DNA from: Octopus bimaculoides
Taxonomy: Eukaryota
DNA length: 64,000 bases
Direction of reading: 5' to 3'
NCBI RefSeq assembly: GCF_001194135.2
Contig: NC_068996.1
Span: 30,114,403 to 30,178,402 of the forward strand
Below the pieces are notes generated by a model, which was given only the letters and a program-made list of their open reading frames with translations, was not told the DNA's origin and did not search any database. Shown here one piece after another: positions 40,001 to 52,800 of this stretch. Position 1 is the stretch's first letter, and the number at the start of each line of letters is the position of its first letter. A program made the position numbers and the translations under genes.

Positions 40001-40407
40001 GCTAAATTCTAGATCTGAAATTTTTAACAATTGTAAGCATATGACTAACTTCCTATTAATGAAGTGGAGAATGCCACTATCTCTGGATTGACCAACTGTA
40101 CCACAGACTCTAAGCCACTATCTTTTCAGCCTTATATTTTAAGGTCTAAGAGGAAATAACTCTAATCACCCCCCTCCAGTCTTGTTACTTTCTGTTTTCG
40201 TTTTCCAGTTTTTCAACCTTCCACCTTTTATATCTACTTCTTTCTCACGTTTTCTCTCATCTTATTGCCCCATTTTTAGTTTATCATACTACATGGGCAG
40301 TGCCTGGAAATTGTGCTAGGACACCTGGCATATTAAAAAATACTGTCTGGCATGTTCTCAGCACATGAAACTAATTGCAGCACATAAAATATTGTGTTTA
40401 TTAAATA

Positions 40408-40460
<53 letters not shown>

Positions 40461-40778
40461 NNNNNNNNNNNNNNNNNNNNNNNNNNNNNNNNNNNNNNNN
40501 NNNNNNNNNNNNNNNNNNNNNNNNNNNNNNNNNNNNNNNNNNNNNNNNNNNNNNNNNNNNNNNNNNNNNNNNNNNNNNNNNNNNNNNNNNNNNNNNNNNN
40601 NNNNNNNNNNNNNNNNNNNNNNNNNNNNNNNNNNNNNNNNNNNNNNNNNNNNNNNNNNNNNNNNNNNNNNNNNNNNNNNNNNNNNNNNNNNNNNNNNNNN
40701 NNNNNNNNNNNNNNNNNNNNNNNNNNNNNNNNNNNNNNNNNNNNNNNNNNNNNNNNNNNNNNNNNNNNNNNNNNNNNN

Positions 40779-40818
<40 letters not shown>

Positions 40819-43800
40819 TTTATTAATAAAGCTGCAAAGACATCACAAAAACTGTTACTCATTTCACGTTCCCATTCATCAGACAGTTTTGGTATATATC
40901 ATCATCGTTTAACGTCCATCTTCCATGCATGCATGGGTAGGATGGTTGACAGGAGCTGGCGAGGTAGAAAAACTACCTTAGACTACTGTGTCTGTTTTGG
41001 CATGGATTTTACATCTGGATGCCCTTTCTAACAACAACCACTCTGCAGAGTGGACTCAGTGCTTTACGTGGCACAGGTGAGGTTAGTTTGGGCATGATTT
41101 TTACAGGTGGATGACCTTCGAAATGCCAACCACGTTACAGTGTGAACTGGATGATTTTAACATGGCACCAGCACTGGCAGGGTAACCAAGTAACTCACAT
41201 GACAAGGAATTTTGAGAGGGGCAGGGGTATTTGAGGAGGGGAATTTGTGTCAGAGGATGAAAGGTTAGAGTGTGACAAAAAGACAGAGAGACAGAAGGTG
41301 TCTTGCTACAACAGAGGGAGCATTAGAGGAGGTGATTCAGTATCAAATGATGAAAGATTCGAGTGTGACAGAAATAGAGAGGCAGAAGTAGTTGTCTTGA
41401 TATAGAGGAGGTATTTGATTACCCAGTAAGTGAGGGAGAGAGAGGTACAAGAAAGAGGCCAGAAACACGTGTGCTGATGTAAAGGGGATACTTGGTTACC
41501 TAGTCAGAGGAAAAACAAGAGAAAGAGAGAGAGAGAGTAGGAAACAGCAAAAGTGTAAGAGAGAGCAGAAGATAGATGGTGTAGTGCTAGGGTATACTCA
41601 CGAGTAACAAGGGTCTGAGCATAAAATTTGGGTACAAAAATAGGGTGGGTGTGGAAGTGACAACAGTACAGTTAGCAGGGTAGTGAGAGCAAGAAAGAGG
41701 ATTGGAAAATAATCATAGTTATGAATAGGAAATATGTAGAAGAGATGCACTTTGTTAATTTGCTAATTATTTTCTAAGTAACATATCACCTTTCAGTGCA
41801 TGCAGGTGGTAGTGTGGGCGATTGTTGGTGGCAGGGAGGGACGAAGGTATGCAAGTCTTCTAGTAGAAAAGTGAGGCAGATGATTCTTGTAGGATTTCTG
41901 CTACCTTGGAAGTTTTCTGTCACCCACTGCAGGATCTGGTAAGGATATCGAACATCGCATCCAATCAGGTCATGCTTCTTTTGGTCATCTCAAAACCAGG
42001 GTCTTTTGCAACAAGGATCTGACATTCAAAACGAAGCTCATGGTCTATCAGGCTGTTGTTGTATCAACTCTGCTGTACAGGTGTGAAACCTGGACTGTTT
42101 ACAGTAAGCACATGAAGAAAATAGAGCGCTTCCGTCAATCCAAACTTCACTCTATCCTGAACATCAACTGAGAAGATCGCATCACCAACAACTCTGTGCT
42201 TGACAGACCAGGGCTCCTGAGCATCAAAGCCTTGATCATTGAACATCGTCTCCGATGATCAGGTTACATCTGTCAGATGAATGAACATCGCCTTCCCAAG
42301 ATCTGTCTCCATGATGAACTGTCTGAAAGAAAACGTCCTTGTGGAGCCCCCTTGTTGAGTTGGTACAAGGACCAACTCAAATCAACCCTGAAAAGCACCA
42401 ACATCGACCCCACACACTGAGAAGATATCTCAGCAAACACACCATCAAAACGGGTTCTGCGGACTTCGAAAAAGCCTGAGTCACAAGAGCTGAACTCAAG
42501 AGACGGGAGAGAAAGCAGCGCCTTCTCCTTCCCAAACCAGCTCCTTCTATCCCTTGTCCACAATGTCTTCGTATATTTCATGCAACCCTTGGGTTGCGGA
42601 GCCATCTGCTGTTCAAACACCCAGGAAAATGAACTGGATTGCAAGTTTGGAAACACGAGACGCAGCCAACTACTATATACATAGGTGGTTGGCGTTAGGA
42701 AAGACATCCAGCCATAGAAATCATGCCAAATCAAATTGGAACCTGGTGCAGCTAACCAGTTCTCAGTTGAACCATCCAACCCATGTCAGCATGGAAAACG
42801 GATGTTAAGTGAAGATGATAATGATCAATAATAAAAAATAACAGATGCAAAAAAGAAACGGACACACAATACAACGCAAAAAAGTATTAAATATAACCGT
42901 TAATAGATATAGACGTATAAACACCCTCACCTAGGTTGTATGGCATATGTACACTTCCTCATACAGACAGCCACAAAGATGTAAGCATACACACATATGT
43001 GGTTTGGCACACACACGTTCACATAGCAAATTAAATAGCTACTTGGTGTTTATAAAGAGTGGGGAGGTTAGAGCTAAATTTAATTCAGCCATACCTTCAG
43101 GTGAATAATTATTATTAATTACATTAGCAGTTACTCAAAGTCATTCCCACTGCTTTGAGTGAAAGTGCATTTATATACACGTAAGCATCTTACGAGTCTT
43201 TCAGAAATTCTATTAATGATCTTCTCATTAGTCCACAAAGTAGACAGGGATTCTTCAGAGCAGAGTCAGCATCTCTTGGAAATGATATATGGTTTTGCAT
43301 TCCTTATTATGGACTAAGTTATACTTAATTTTATCTTCATTAAGTTGCCACACAAAATTGACCAAAGATTTTGAATGTCACTTGTTGATTTTCTTAAAGC
43401 TGGCAACATGGTTGCAATAATGATTCTTCAATGAATCAACCATTGTCCAATGTAAACATATGGTTCTCCTTTTGTGTGTATGGTATATTTATATACAAGT
43501 TTTGTACTCATACAGATGTTCACCAATGGGCATCTTGATTTTTCTCTGCATGAGCATTTATTATATTTAGTTGTATATATGGTAGTTCTGACTTCATTTT
43601 CCAACGATGTTTCCATGTTAGGTATGTAGTGAAACCTCTCTCTTGGGTATTTATTTATAAATGATAACGTAGCAACTAACATCTAGCTTTCGGCCGCTTG
43701 GACCCTTGTGTGTCCATGACCCTGATTGGCTCTTATTTGTGCGGCATTTGTCAACAGTTCTGTTTCGCGCCAGGGTGCATATCAACCAATCGTGGCCTTC

Positions 43801-46800
43801 TGTTAAGGTCACATGAGAGAGAGTTTTTGTGCTATTTCTGGAGCCCTTTTTTTTATCTATAAATAGCCCTGCTTCATCCATGCCAGTTTGTCACGACCTC
43901 AGACCTTTTCAAGTCTAGTCGTAGACCACACACCAACCAGCCAGTTTCCAGCGACGACATCAACACCACCGATCTACTGTCTACTACAGTTCCATTCCCA
44001 ACATCACCACTAGAGTACCCGCACCAACAACAGTAACCGCGGTTCCATCTCAACACTGTTTGTGTGGATTGTTTCCACCTCGAAAATAACAGCCAGAACA
44101 ACCTGCGAGAATCTTTTGTATTCAAGTAACCGGCTTGGCATAGAAGCCTCAACTTCACTCACAACATGTGACACTTCAGCTCTGCCTACAGACATTCTAC
44201 CTACTGTGTAACTCTTCTATGAACTGGTACTTTCTTATCTTTGTGTTCAGGACTCTTATAGTCTATTGTTAAAGACTCTTATTCCATGCTCTGTATTTCT
44301 CACTCACACACACATATTGTTGTATGCATACTCTCTATATATATATATATATCTAATGGTTGTGTCTCTGCCTCTCACTCTTTATTTGCTGGCACTTGCT
44401 CGTATCTCACATTGCGAGCTTTCTTATGTTATATTACATGTTTTGTGTCGACCATGCAACACGTTAAAAGGACCTTGTTTCCATACGTCGCCATTCTCCT
44501 TAGGTTCGCATGGTCGTTCTATTACAGGTATATTACTATTACTGTTACAATTCCAATGTGGCTGTATCATGTGTTTTGCATTGCAGTTTACATCTTCTTT
44601 CTTGGTATTTTGATGTATACGTTTGATAGTTCCACTAGATGGGTTATTGAACCGTTGTTTCATTTTACTATTATTAATGCTGTGCATATGCTGCTCTAAC
44701 TTAATAGAGTTAACATAAGATACCTTGATGGTGTGTCTATTAAAAATAGCATAGTATCTATTTGATTTTGGGAAACATTTGTCCGAGGCAGCAAAAGAAT
44801 TCCCTAGTGGTCTTTGTTGAAACATGTGAACTGAAATTGGGTTGTACCAGAGGACATCGTGATTCCTATATTTGTTGTTTGGTGTGTTGTACAGAATTGG
44901 GACAATTTATTGTGTTATGAGGAGTAGAATTATTGTGTAGTTTATTGCCTTGACCAATTCTTCCTGGTCTGTATTCTTGATCTGAGTCAGTTTGCTTACC
45001 ATAACATTGTGCAATGTGTATTATTATTGGAGGAATTGGGAGAGATATATGTGCCTGTGTCCTGTATGTATCGAATTTTCTCACAATATCCAGCCCAAGC
45101 TAAAACACTATTATGATATGGTGCATGTGATTCCAAAATTTTGTATTAGCAGATAATCTAGATATTCTTGTTGAAATATTCTTAACTAATCCCTGTATTA
45201 TTGAGGGTGGACGGTTGAAAATAAGATTAAGTATAACATAACTTGGTCCATAGTAAGGTACGCAAAACCATATGATATCATTTTCAGGAGATGCGAACTC
45301 TCCTCTGAGGAATCCTTGTCTATTCTGTGGACCAATGAGAAAATCATCATCATCATCATCATCATTGCTTTCCATGCTAGCATGGATTGGACGATTTGAC
45401 TGAGGACTGGTGAAACCGGATGGCAACACCAGGCTCCAATCTGATTTGGCAGAGTTTCTACAGCTGGATGCCCTTCCTAACGTCAACCACTCTGAGAGTG
45501 TAGTGGGTGCTTTTACGTGTCACCCGCACGAAGGCCAGTCAGGTGGTACTGGCAACGGCCACGCTCAAAATGGTGTATTTTATGTGCCACCCGCACAAGA
45601 GCCAGTCCAGGGGCACTGGCAACGATCTTGCTCGAAAATCCTTACACATGTCACNNNNNNNNNNNNNNNNNNNNNNNNNNNNNNNNNNNNNNNNNNNNNN
45701 NNNNNNNNNNNNNNNNNNNNNNNNNNNNNNNNNNNNNNNNNNNNNNNNNNNNNNNNNNNNNNNNNNNNNNNNNNNNNNNNNNNNNNNNNNNNNNNNNNNN
45801 NNNNNNNNNNNNNNNNNNNNNNNNNNNNNNNNNNNNNNNNNNNNNNNNNNNNNNNNNNNNNNNNNNNNNNNNNNNNNNNNNNNNNNNNNNNNNNNNNNNN
45901 NNNNNNNNNNNNNNNNNNNNNNNNNNNNNNNNNNNNNNNNNNNNNNNNNNNNNNNNNNNNNNNNNNNNNNNNNNNNNNNNNNNNNNNNNNNNNNNNNNNN
46001 NNNNNNNNNNNNNNNNNNNNNNNNNNNNNNNNNNNNNNNNNNNNNNNNNNNNNNNNNNNNNNNNNNNNNNNNNNNNNNNNNNNNNNNNNNNNNNNNNNNN
46101 NNNNNNNNNNNNNNNNNNNNNNNNNNNNNNNNNNNNNNNNNNNNNNNNNNNNNNNNNNNNNNNNNNNNNNNNNNNNNNNNNNNNNNNNNNNNNNGCAATC
46201 GTCTCTCTTGCACACCACAACTGATGCTTCTTATGTTCAGCTTTTCTCTCAAGATACTTACACTCTGTCGGGTATGCACACTGACATTGCACATCCGACA
46301 GAGCATACTGGCTTCATTCCTTGCGAGCTTACGCATGTCCTCAGCAGTCACAGCCCATGTTTCACTGCCATGTAGCATGGCTGTTTGTACACATGCGTCA
46401 TACAGTCTGTCTTTTACTCTGAGTGAGAGTCCCTTTGTCGCCAGCAGAGGTAAGAGCTCTCTGAACTTTGCCCAGGTTATTCTTATTCTAGCAGCTACAC
46501 TTTCAGCGAGCTACAAAATCATTAATAGAATTTCTGAAAGACTCTCAAGATGCTGATATGCATATAAATGCACTTTCACTCAATGCAGTGGGAATGAATT
46601 TGAGTAACTATCAATGTAATTAACAATCATAATTCACCTGAAGATATAGCTGAATTAAATTTATCTCTAACCTCCCCATTGTTATAAACGCCAAGTAGCT
46701 ATTTAATTTGCTATGTGAATATGTGTGCCAAGCCACACATGTGCGTATGCTTACGTCTTTGTGGATGTCTGTATGAGCGAGTGTACATGTGCCATACAAC

Positions 46801-49800
46801 CTACATGAGGGCATTTATATATTCATATCTATTAAGTTATATTTAATTCATTTTTCACTGTATTGTGTGTTCATTTCTTAGTTTGCATCTGTTATTTTTT
46901 ATTATTTATGTTCTACATAAATGAAGTTATATCCTTTAATTTGCTGCTTTTCTTTATACGAACTGAGAAGATACATTGCGAAACTGTTATTTTAATGAGT
47001 TATCTCTATTTATCACACGAAGAGACACATCTACACTATTGGATGCTCTTGAACCAGTTGTTAAGTATTCCACTCATGAGGGATCAATGCTAGGTGGGTC
47101 AAAACAATTGTAGTAATTAATAAAAGTTCTCATATCTTCTGCCTCATTAACCAAGTACACAACAAACGCTGTGAAAGTGAATGTGCTTTACCAGTGAGCT
47201 ACCAGGTATAAAACATATATTCATTATATAATATGTGTGTGTGTGTGTGTACACGTACGTACACATAGAGTACAACATGTATTAAGTACTTTCTCTCATT
47301 TGCAAAACCAAATGTGTGGAATATTGACTTCTCACAGCTTTGCTTGTGTTAATGGTAATATGACATTTATATTCCTTACTGACAAATGAGATTAGCTGCT
47401 CAAAGACTTGTAGAATAAAAGTTACTTCAGTTGATAAGCCAATATAAATTAGCAACAGGAAGGGTATCCAGCTATAAAATTTTGCATCAAATACATCCCA
47501 TCTAACCCATGTTACCATGGAAAAATAGATCTGAAACAATCAAACAATTATATTTTATTTTTAAAGAAGAAATCTTAAGGCTTAGTTACTCAAATACTTC
47601 AGTAGCTACTCTCTGTTATCAGTTTTCTGCTTCATAGTACTTTTATTTATTCCATTTGTAAAAATCAAACACACTTCTACCTATATATATCATCCTCATT
47701 ATTCTATGTTCATTTCTCCATGCTTGCATGGTTTGGATGGATGCCATATCATCTTGCTATTTATTGCAGACCTTCAACTAAAGAAACCACAAGTATCTGT
47801 TTTTTATGTTTTCATTTGGTATACTTTTATGGTTGGATGCCTTTCTACTACCAGCCATATAACAGTATCGTTTTGGTGCATTTTATCATACCATTGGCAT
47901 TAGGAAGGTTGAATGCAATGAAACTAAATATTTCTTTTTAGTTATGTCATTTTTTTAAAATTCAGAATCACTCTTCTCCTACATAAGTCACTTATGTGTA
48001 GCATCCAAAGTTCATATATCTCCATTTTATTTCTCATAACTGTTTTCGTAATTAACTTATTTGTATTGATGTCTTCCATCAGAGTATTGTAGCCATAACA
48101 CAAGCATTTGACCAAGTTAGAAGCAGTGCAAAGTTTTCCAGTATAATGACATTGATATTAAGTATTGGCAACTATATGAATACTGGGTCTAGAAATGCTG
48201 AATCAATAGGTTTTGAAATATCTTACCTCAATAAGGTATGTAAAAACTGGATTTATCCTTTTTTTTTCTTTTTTTTTATCCAAAAATTTATATGATATTC
48301 ATATTGGTTGTGTGGTAAGAAGTTTGCTTCCCAGCCACCTGGTTCCAGGTTCAGTCTCATTGTGTAACACCTTAGGCAAGTGTCTTCTACTAGAGCCCCA
48401 GGCTGACCAAAGCTATGTAAGTGGATTTGGTAGACAGAAACTGAAAAAAGCCTGTCGTGTGTGTCTTTGTGTTTATGTCCCCGTAACTTAGTTCAGCAAA
48501 AGAGGCTGATAGAATAAGTACCAGGCTTAAGATAAAAATAAGTATAGGGGTCTCAACTAAAATTCTTCAAGTGGTGCTCCAGCATGACCACAGTCTAATG
48601 ACTGGAACAAATAAAAGATGAAAGATATTAAAGTATTATATGTAAAGCATCTCAACTAGAATAACTTATTTCTCCTTTTTAATTTTGAATTACATCTATT
48701 TATTCTAGATATTATTTCTAATTCACTAACACATTTTAATATTACTATCATATCTCATTTGAGCACAACCTCAAGATAGTATGTTATATTGGTCATATAA
48801 TAATTTTATAAGTCTGTTTTCCGCCTATCTTATCTCTCTTTTACATACCAAAGTTGTTGCTTATCAAAGCCTAAATTCTTTAAATTTCTTTTTGTTGTTA
48901 GAAATTCTGTCTATTGTGCTATCAGTTTAGTTTTACAGGCAATTATTCTCATAGTATACTTATTACAACCATTACAGCTTAAATTTTTTCAGGTATGCCT
49001 GGTTAATTCACTCATTTCAATGAAAAAAAAATCATTGATTAGTGAAGTGTATCATTGTTTTATTCTGTCATAGAATAAGCAATCTTCTTTTAGAATAAAT
49101 TCCATCAAAATCTTTGTTTGATCTGCAAATCCTGATGGTGTAACAAGCAGTGTGTCTTGGGCATATGAGCTTGTCAAAACTTATCCCTCTCCAGATCTGA
49201 TCACAGCCATTTTTCTCTAGAAAGAGAGTAAAAGAGCCTTTTTTCAAATAGAGTTTGTATAAACTTTAAGGCTTGAAGACTTTGTATATAATTTAGGGCT
49301 TGAAAACTAAATCTCTGTGAGTGAAAGGAGAAAGAGAAAGTTAAATGACAACAGATCACTTTTGACATTTTTTTTTTAATCTGAGAAACTTTTAGTGATG
49401 AAGATAAAAATTACATTAATGTACTATACTTTCCTTCATTGTATTTATTGCCTATTGTGTGTGCCCATGCAAAATTTGCATGAACATATGATATGCAAAA
49501 ACAAAAGACATTTCAGCTACATCATCATCATCACAAAAATTTAATAAATCATTTAAAGCAGAGACATGGTGATATTAAGCAAATATTAACTTATCTTTTA
49601 AAAGGAAAGCTGTTATATATATACATTAATAATCGAGTGAATTCTTTTAATATTTTATATTAGTTCTCTAACCTTAATCTTTTCCTTTTCAACAGTTGAA
49701 AGATACTAAAACACAAGATGGATCCATGACATTGTTACATTTTATTGCACAAATTATACAAGATGATTATCCAGAATTAGAAAAGTTTGGAGATGATCTC

Positions 49801-52800
49801 ACATATATAGAGAAGGCATCGAAATGTAAATATGAGTGATTAAACTTCTTTTAACAAAACTATGAAGTTGCTTGAAATTTAAATTAAGAAGCATTCCTTG
49901 ATATTACTTTTCACATAGTTATTATTCAGCAATTAGCACATTTATTGATTTTATTATGTGTGCAAGATAATGGAATGCTGAAAAGTTCCTGGCTTTAAGG
50001 GTCTCGGGAGAGGCTTGGTTGGAGGCTCAACCTTCTGAGTTCCTTTACAGAGCTTAGAAAAACTGAAGGACCACTGTAATAAGTATGTGAATCTGAGAGG
50101 GGAATATGTTAAATAAAATCATAATTAACTGATCTCCTGTATTTTCTTTTTCCCAAAGCCAGGAACTTTTCAGCACCCTCTCATATCATCGTCATCATCA
50201 TCATATTATGTTCTCTTTCCATGTTAGCATGGGTTAATAATTGATATTGCATTATAATTCACATTTCATTTGCTATTAGGTGTACATTAATTTTATATTT
50301 TATTAGTCAAACATAATGACTTATACAAGTTGTGTATTTACAAATATAAACTAAAGCATGCTTTTAGAATTTGATACAGTAGTTACATATGGAATGTGCT
50401 ATGAATGTTAAATAGGAATATTTTAAGAAACACTAGTACAAGATTTTAGCTCTTAACGAACTGAGTATGATTCTCTTTAGTTTTTCTGTTAGCTATTGTT
50501 GATGTTTTTAAGGTAAATATAATCCACTACATTATATTTCCCCTTCTGTATATACCTACAGCCCTTCTGTTTTATAATAATGTAAATTAATATTAAAAAA
50601 CAATAGGATATTTGAATACACAGTTTAAATGTATGAGATAGAATTTATGTTTACAAAAAATGCATTCAATTCTGTCTATTTTTTCAAATCATTTACTACT
50701 GTGATTGATGTTTCTTTTTGTTTAGCTTCTGATGAACAATTACAAAAGAACTTGAAAGCCTTTAAAAAGAATTTGAACCAACTGGAAATAGATTTAAAAA
50801 ATGCTGCTAATTCAAAGCTTCAAGGAGATAAATTTGTAGAAAAACTTGAAATATCCTTTGGAAAGTAAATGTTTATGTAGTGAATTATATATATTATATA
50901 TATATTTATGTTATCAATGTTAGACGAATGAAAATGGAGTGCTCAAGGCATGTCATAGAAGATAGTTTTTTTTTAATAAAACATTAGCTGAGAGTTTGTT
51001 TCATGAAGTTTCATGCCAATGCAATCATCAGGCAAAATCAGTAAGATTTATACATCAATTGATGTGTGCAGGTGATCTGGTATTTTAGTTATTTCATTGG
51101 TTGTATGCTGTATCTTTGGTGTGGTGTTTATATTTCATGAAATTGTAGGTGGAGGATGTTATTAATTAACTTGTGTATGGTAAGTTGCCTCCAAAGCAGC
51201 TGGTGACCATTTCCTTAATGTGCAGAGGAATATAGTAGTCATCAAGGGCTGCATATATGAGGGCATGAGGAATTGATCCATATGCATTTACCAGATCTAG
51301 CCAGACCACTGTCAAGTCACCTTTGCTTCTCTTTGTCTCCTGGATCAGCTATATATATATGTATATATGTATGTCTGTTTGTATTTGTATGTGTATATAT
51401 GTATTTTGGATTTGTGTTTGAATGTGTGTGTATATATGTGTATGTAAATATAGTTCAAATTTATAGGAAACAAAAGACAAAGACAGGTGAAGAAACAACA
51501 AGCAGGTTTATTAGTTTAATGCTTGGGAAGAATGGAAAAGTCTTTGATGTTTCGAGCCTATGCTCTTCATCAGTAAGAGGAAAAAATGGAGAGAGAGAAA
51601 ATGTGTAGGAATTAACAGTTCAACCTGATGAAATGACTGAAAGAAAGAAGCTGAGTGAACAGGAGATAATAATGGTGGCCCATGTTTGTGTATGTAAGAA
51701 TGCTGTTTGTGAATGGGAGCGAGCGCATGTGAATGTATATGTGGGTGAACTTAAAACTGTGTGGGCCTGTGTATGTGTATAAGTAACCTAGTGCATATAT
51801 TGTGTTGAGTGATGTGCTTTTTGTGTATGTGTGTGAGGCTATCATGTATGTGCACATGTGCAAACATTTGTGTAGCAGTTAATGTGTGCTTGTTCACGTG
51901 GTGTGTGGGTGACCCTATAGTATGTATTGTGTGTGTTTATGTGAAAAACTTGTATGTGCGTTGTGTGCATGTCTATATTATGTGTTCAGGCATGTTATGT
52001 GCATTGTGTGTGTTTTTAAGAGTGAATATTGTGTTGTGGGGGAATGCATAGAAGCATGAAGTGGGATATGGGTGATGAGTTAGGGGTTGGGAGGTATTGG
52101 GTGCTAGTGTGTGAATGCATATGAATGTGCACAATGGTGTGTGGTGTGGATACTGAGTTGAACAGTGTGCAGGGGTGTTTATGTAGTGGTGTGTGTGAAG
52201 AGAGTACTGGCGAGCATGTGTGGGTATGCACATAATGGTGTGTGATGTGATGAGGATACTTGGGTGCTAGTACCTGTGGAGTAGGAAGGTGTGTGAATGC
52301 ATGTGAGTATGTGGGTGTGTGCATAATGGTGTGGGTATGAGTATTAAGTTGAACAGTGTATGGGTGTTTGTATAATGGTGTGTGTGGTGAGGGGCAGTGC
52401 CTAAAACATCGATCAAAGAATATAAGTAGTGATCATGATACACACCACAAAGAAATGATCAAGCTCAGTAGCAATCTATTAAGCAACAACTACCCCCAAA
52501 AGCATACTCTCCACTCCAATTAAGAAGAAAAGAGAGGATGAAATCAATAAACTGTTCACAGTCTGCCTAACCTATTTGAAAGGCCTCTCCGCAAAGATAC
52601 AAAAGATATGCGGCCCATATGACATCAGGACAGTATTCAAGAGTAATACGACACTTCGCAAATATCTCCTTCGAGTAAAACCACCAATAGAAGAGAATAT
52701 GACCAAAGACTGCCTGTACTCCATCCCAATATTTTCAACAAGATGTTAAGAGTTAAGCTCTGTTGGGTATTGGGTGTCACTCTCCTGGCATTTTTTCTAC

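Noticed and set aside
38499-46194. Possible dia exons hidden in the N gaps
   Set aside because: Flanking exons already join in phase with continuous homology (..DIKP|SIVA..).
38460-46556. Long ORFs at 38460-39052, 40365-41031 and 45410-46556
   Set aside because: They are open only because they cross N gaps and (TA)n runs.
50985-51035. Intact hammerhead at CTGATGA-T-TGC(ATTG)GCA-T-GAAAC (minus)
   Set aside because: Core and stem II are present, but stem III and the cleavage triplet are disrupted; kept only as supporting evidence.
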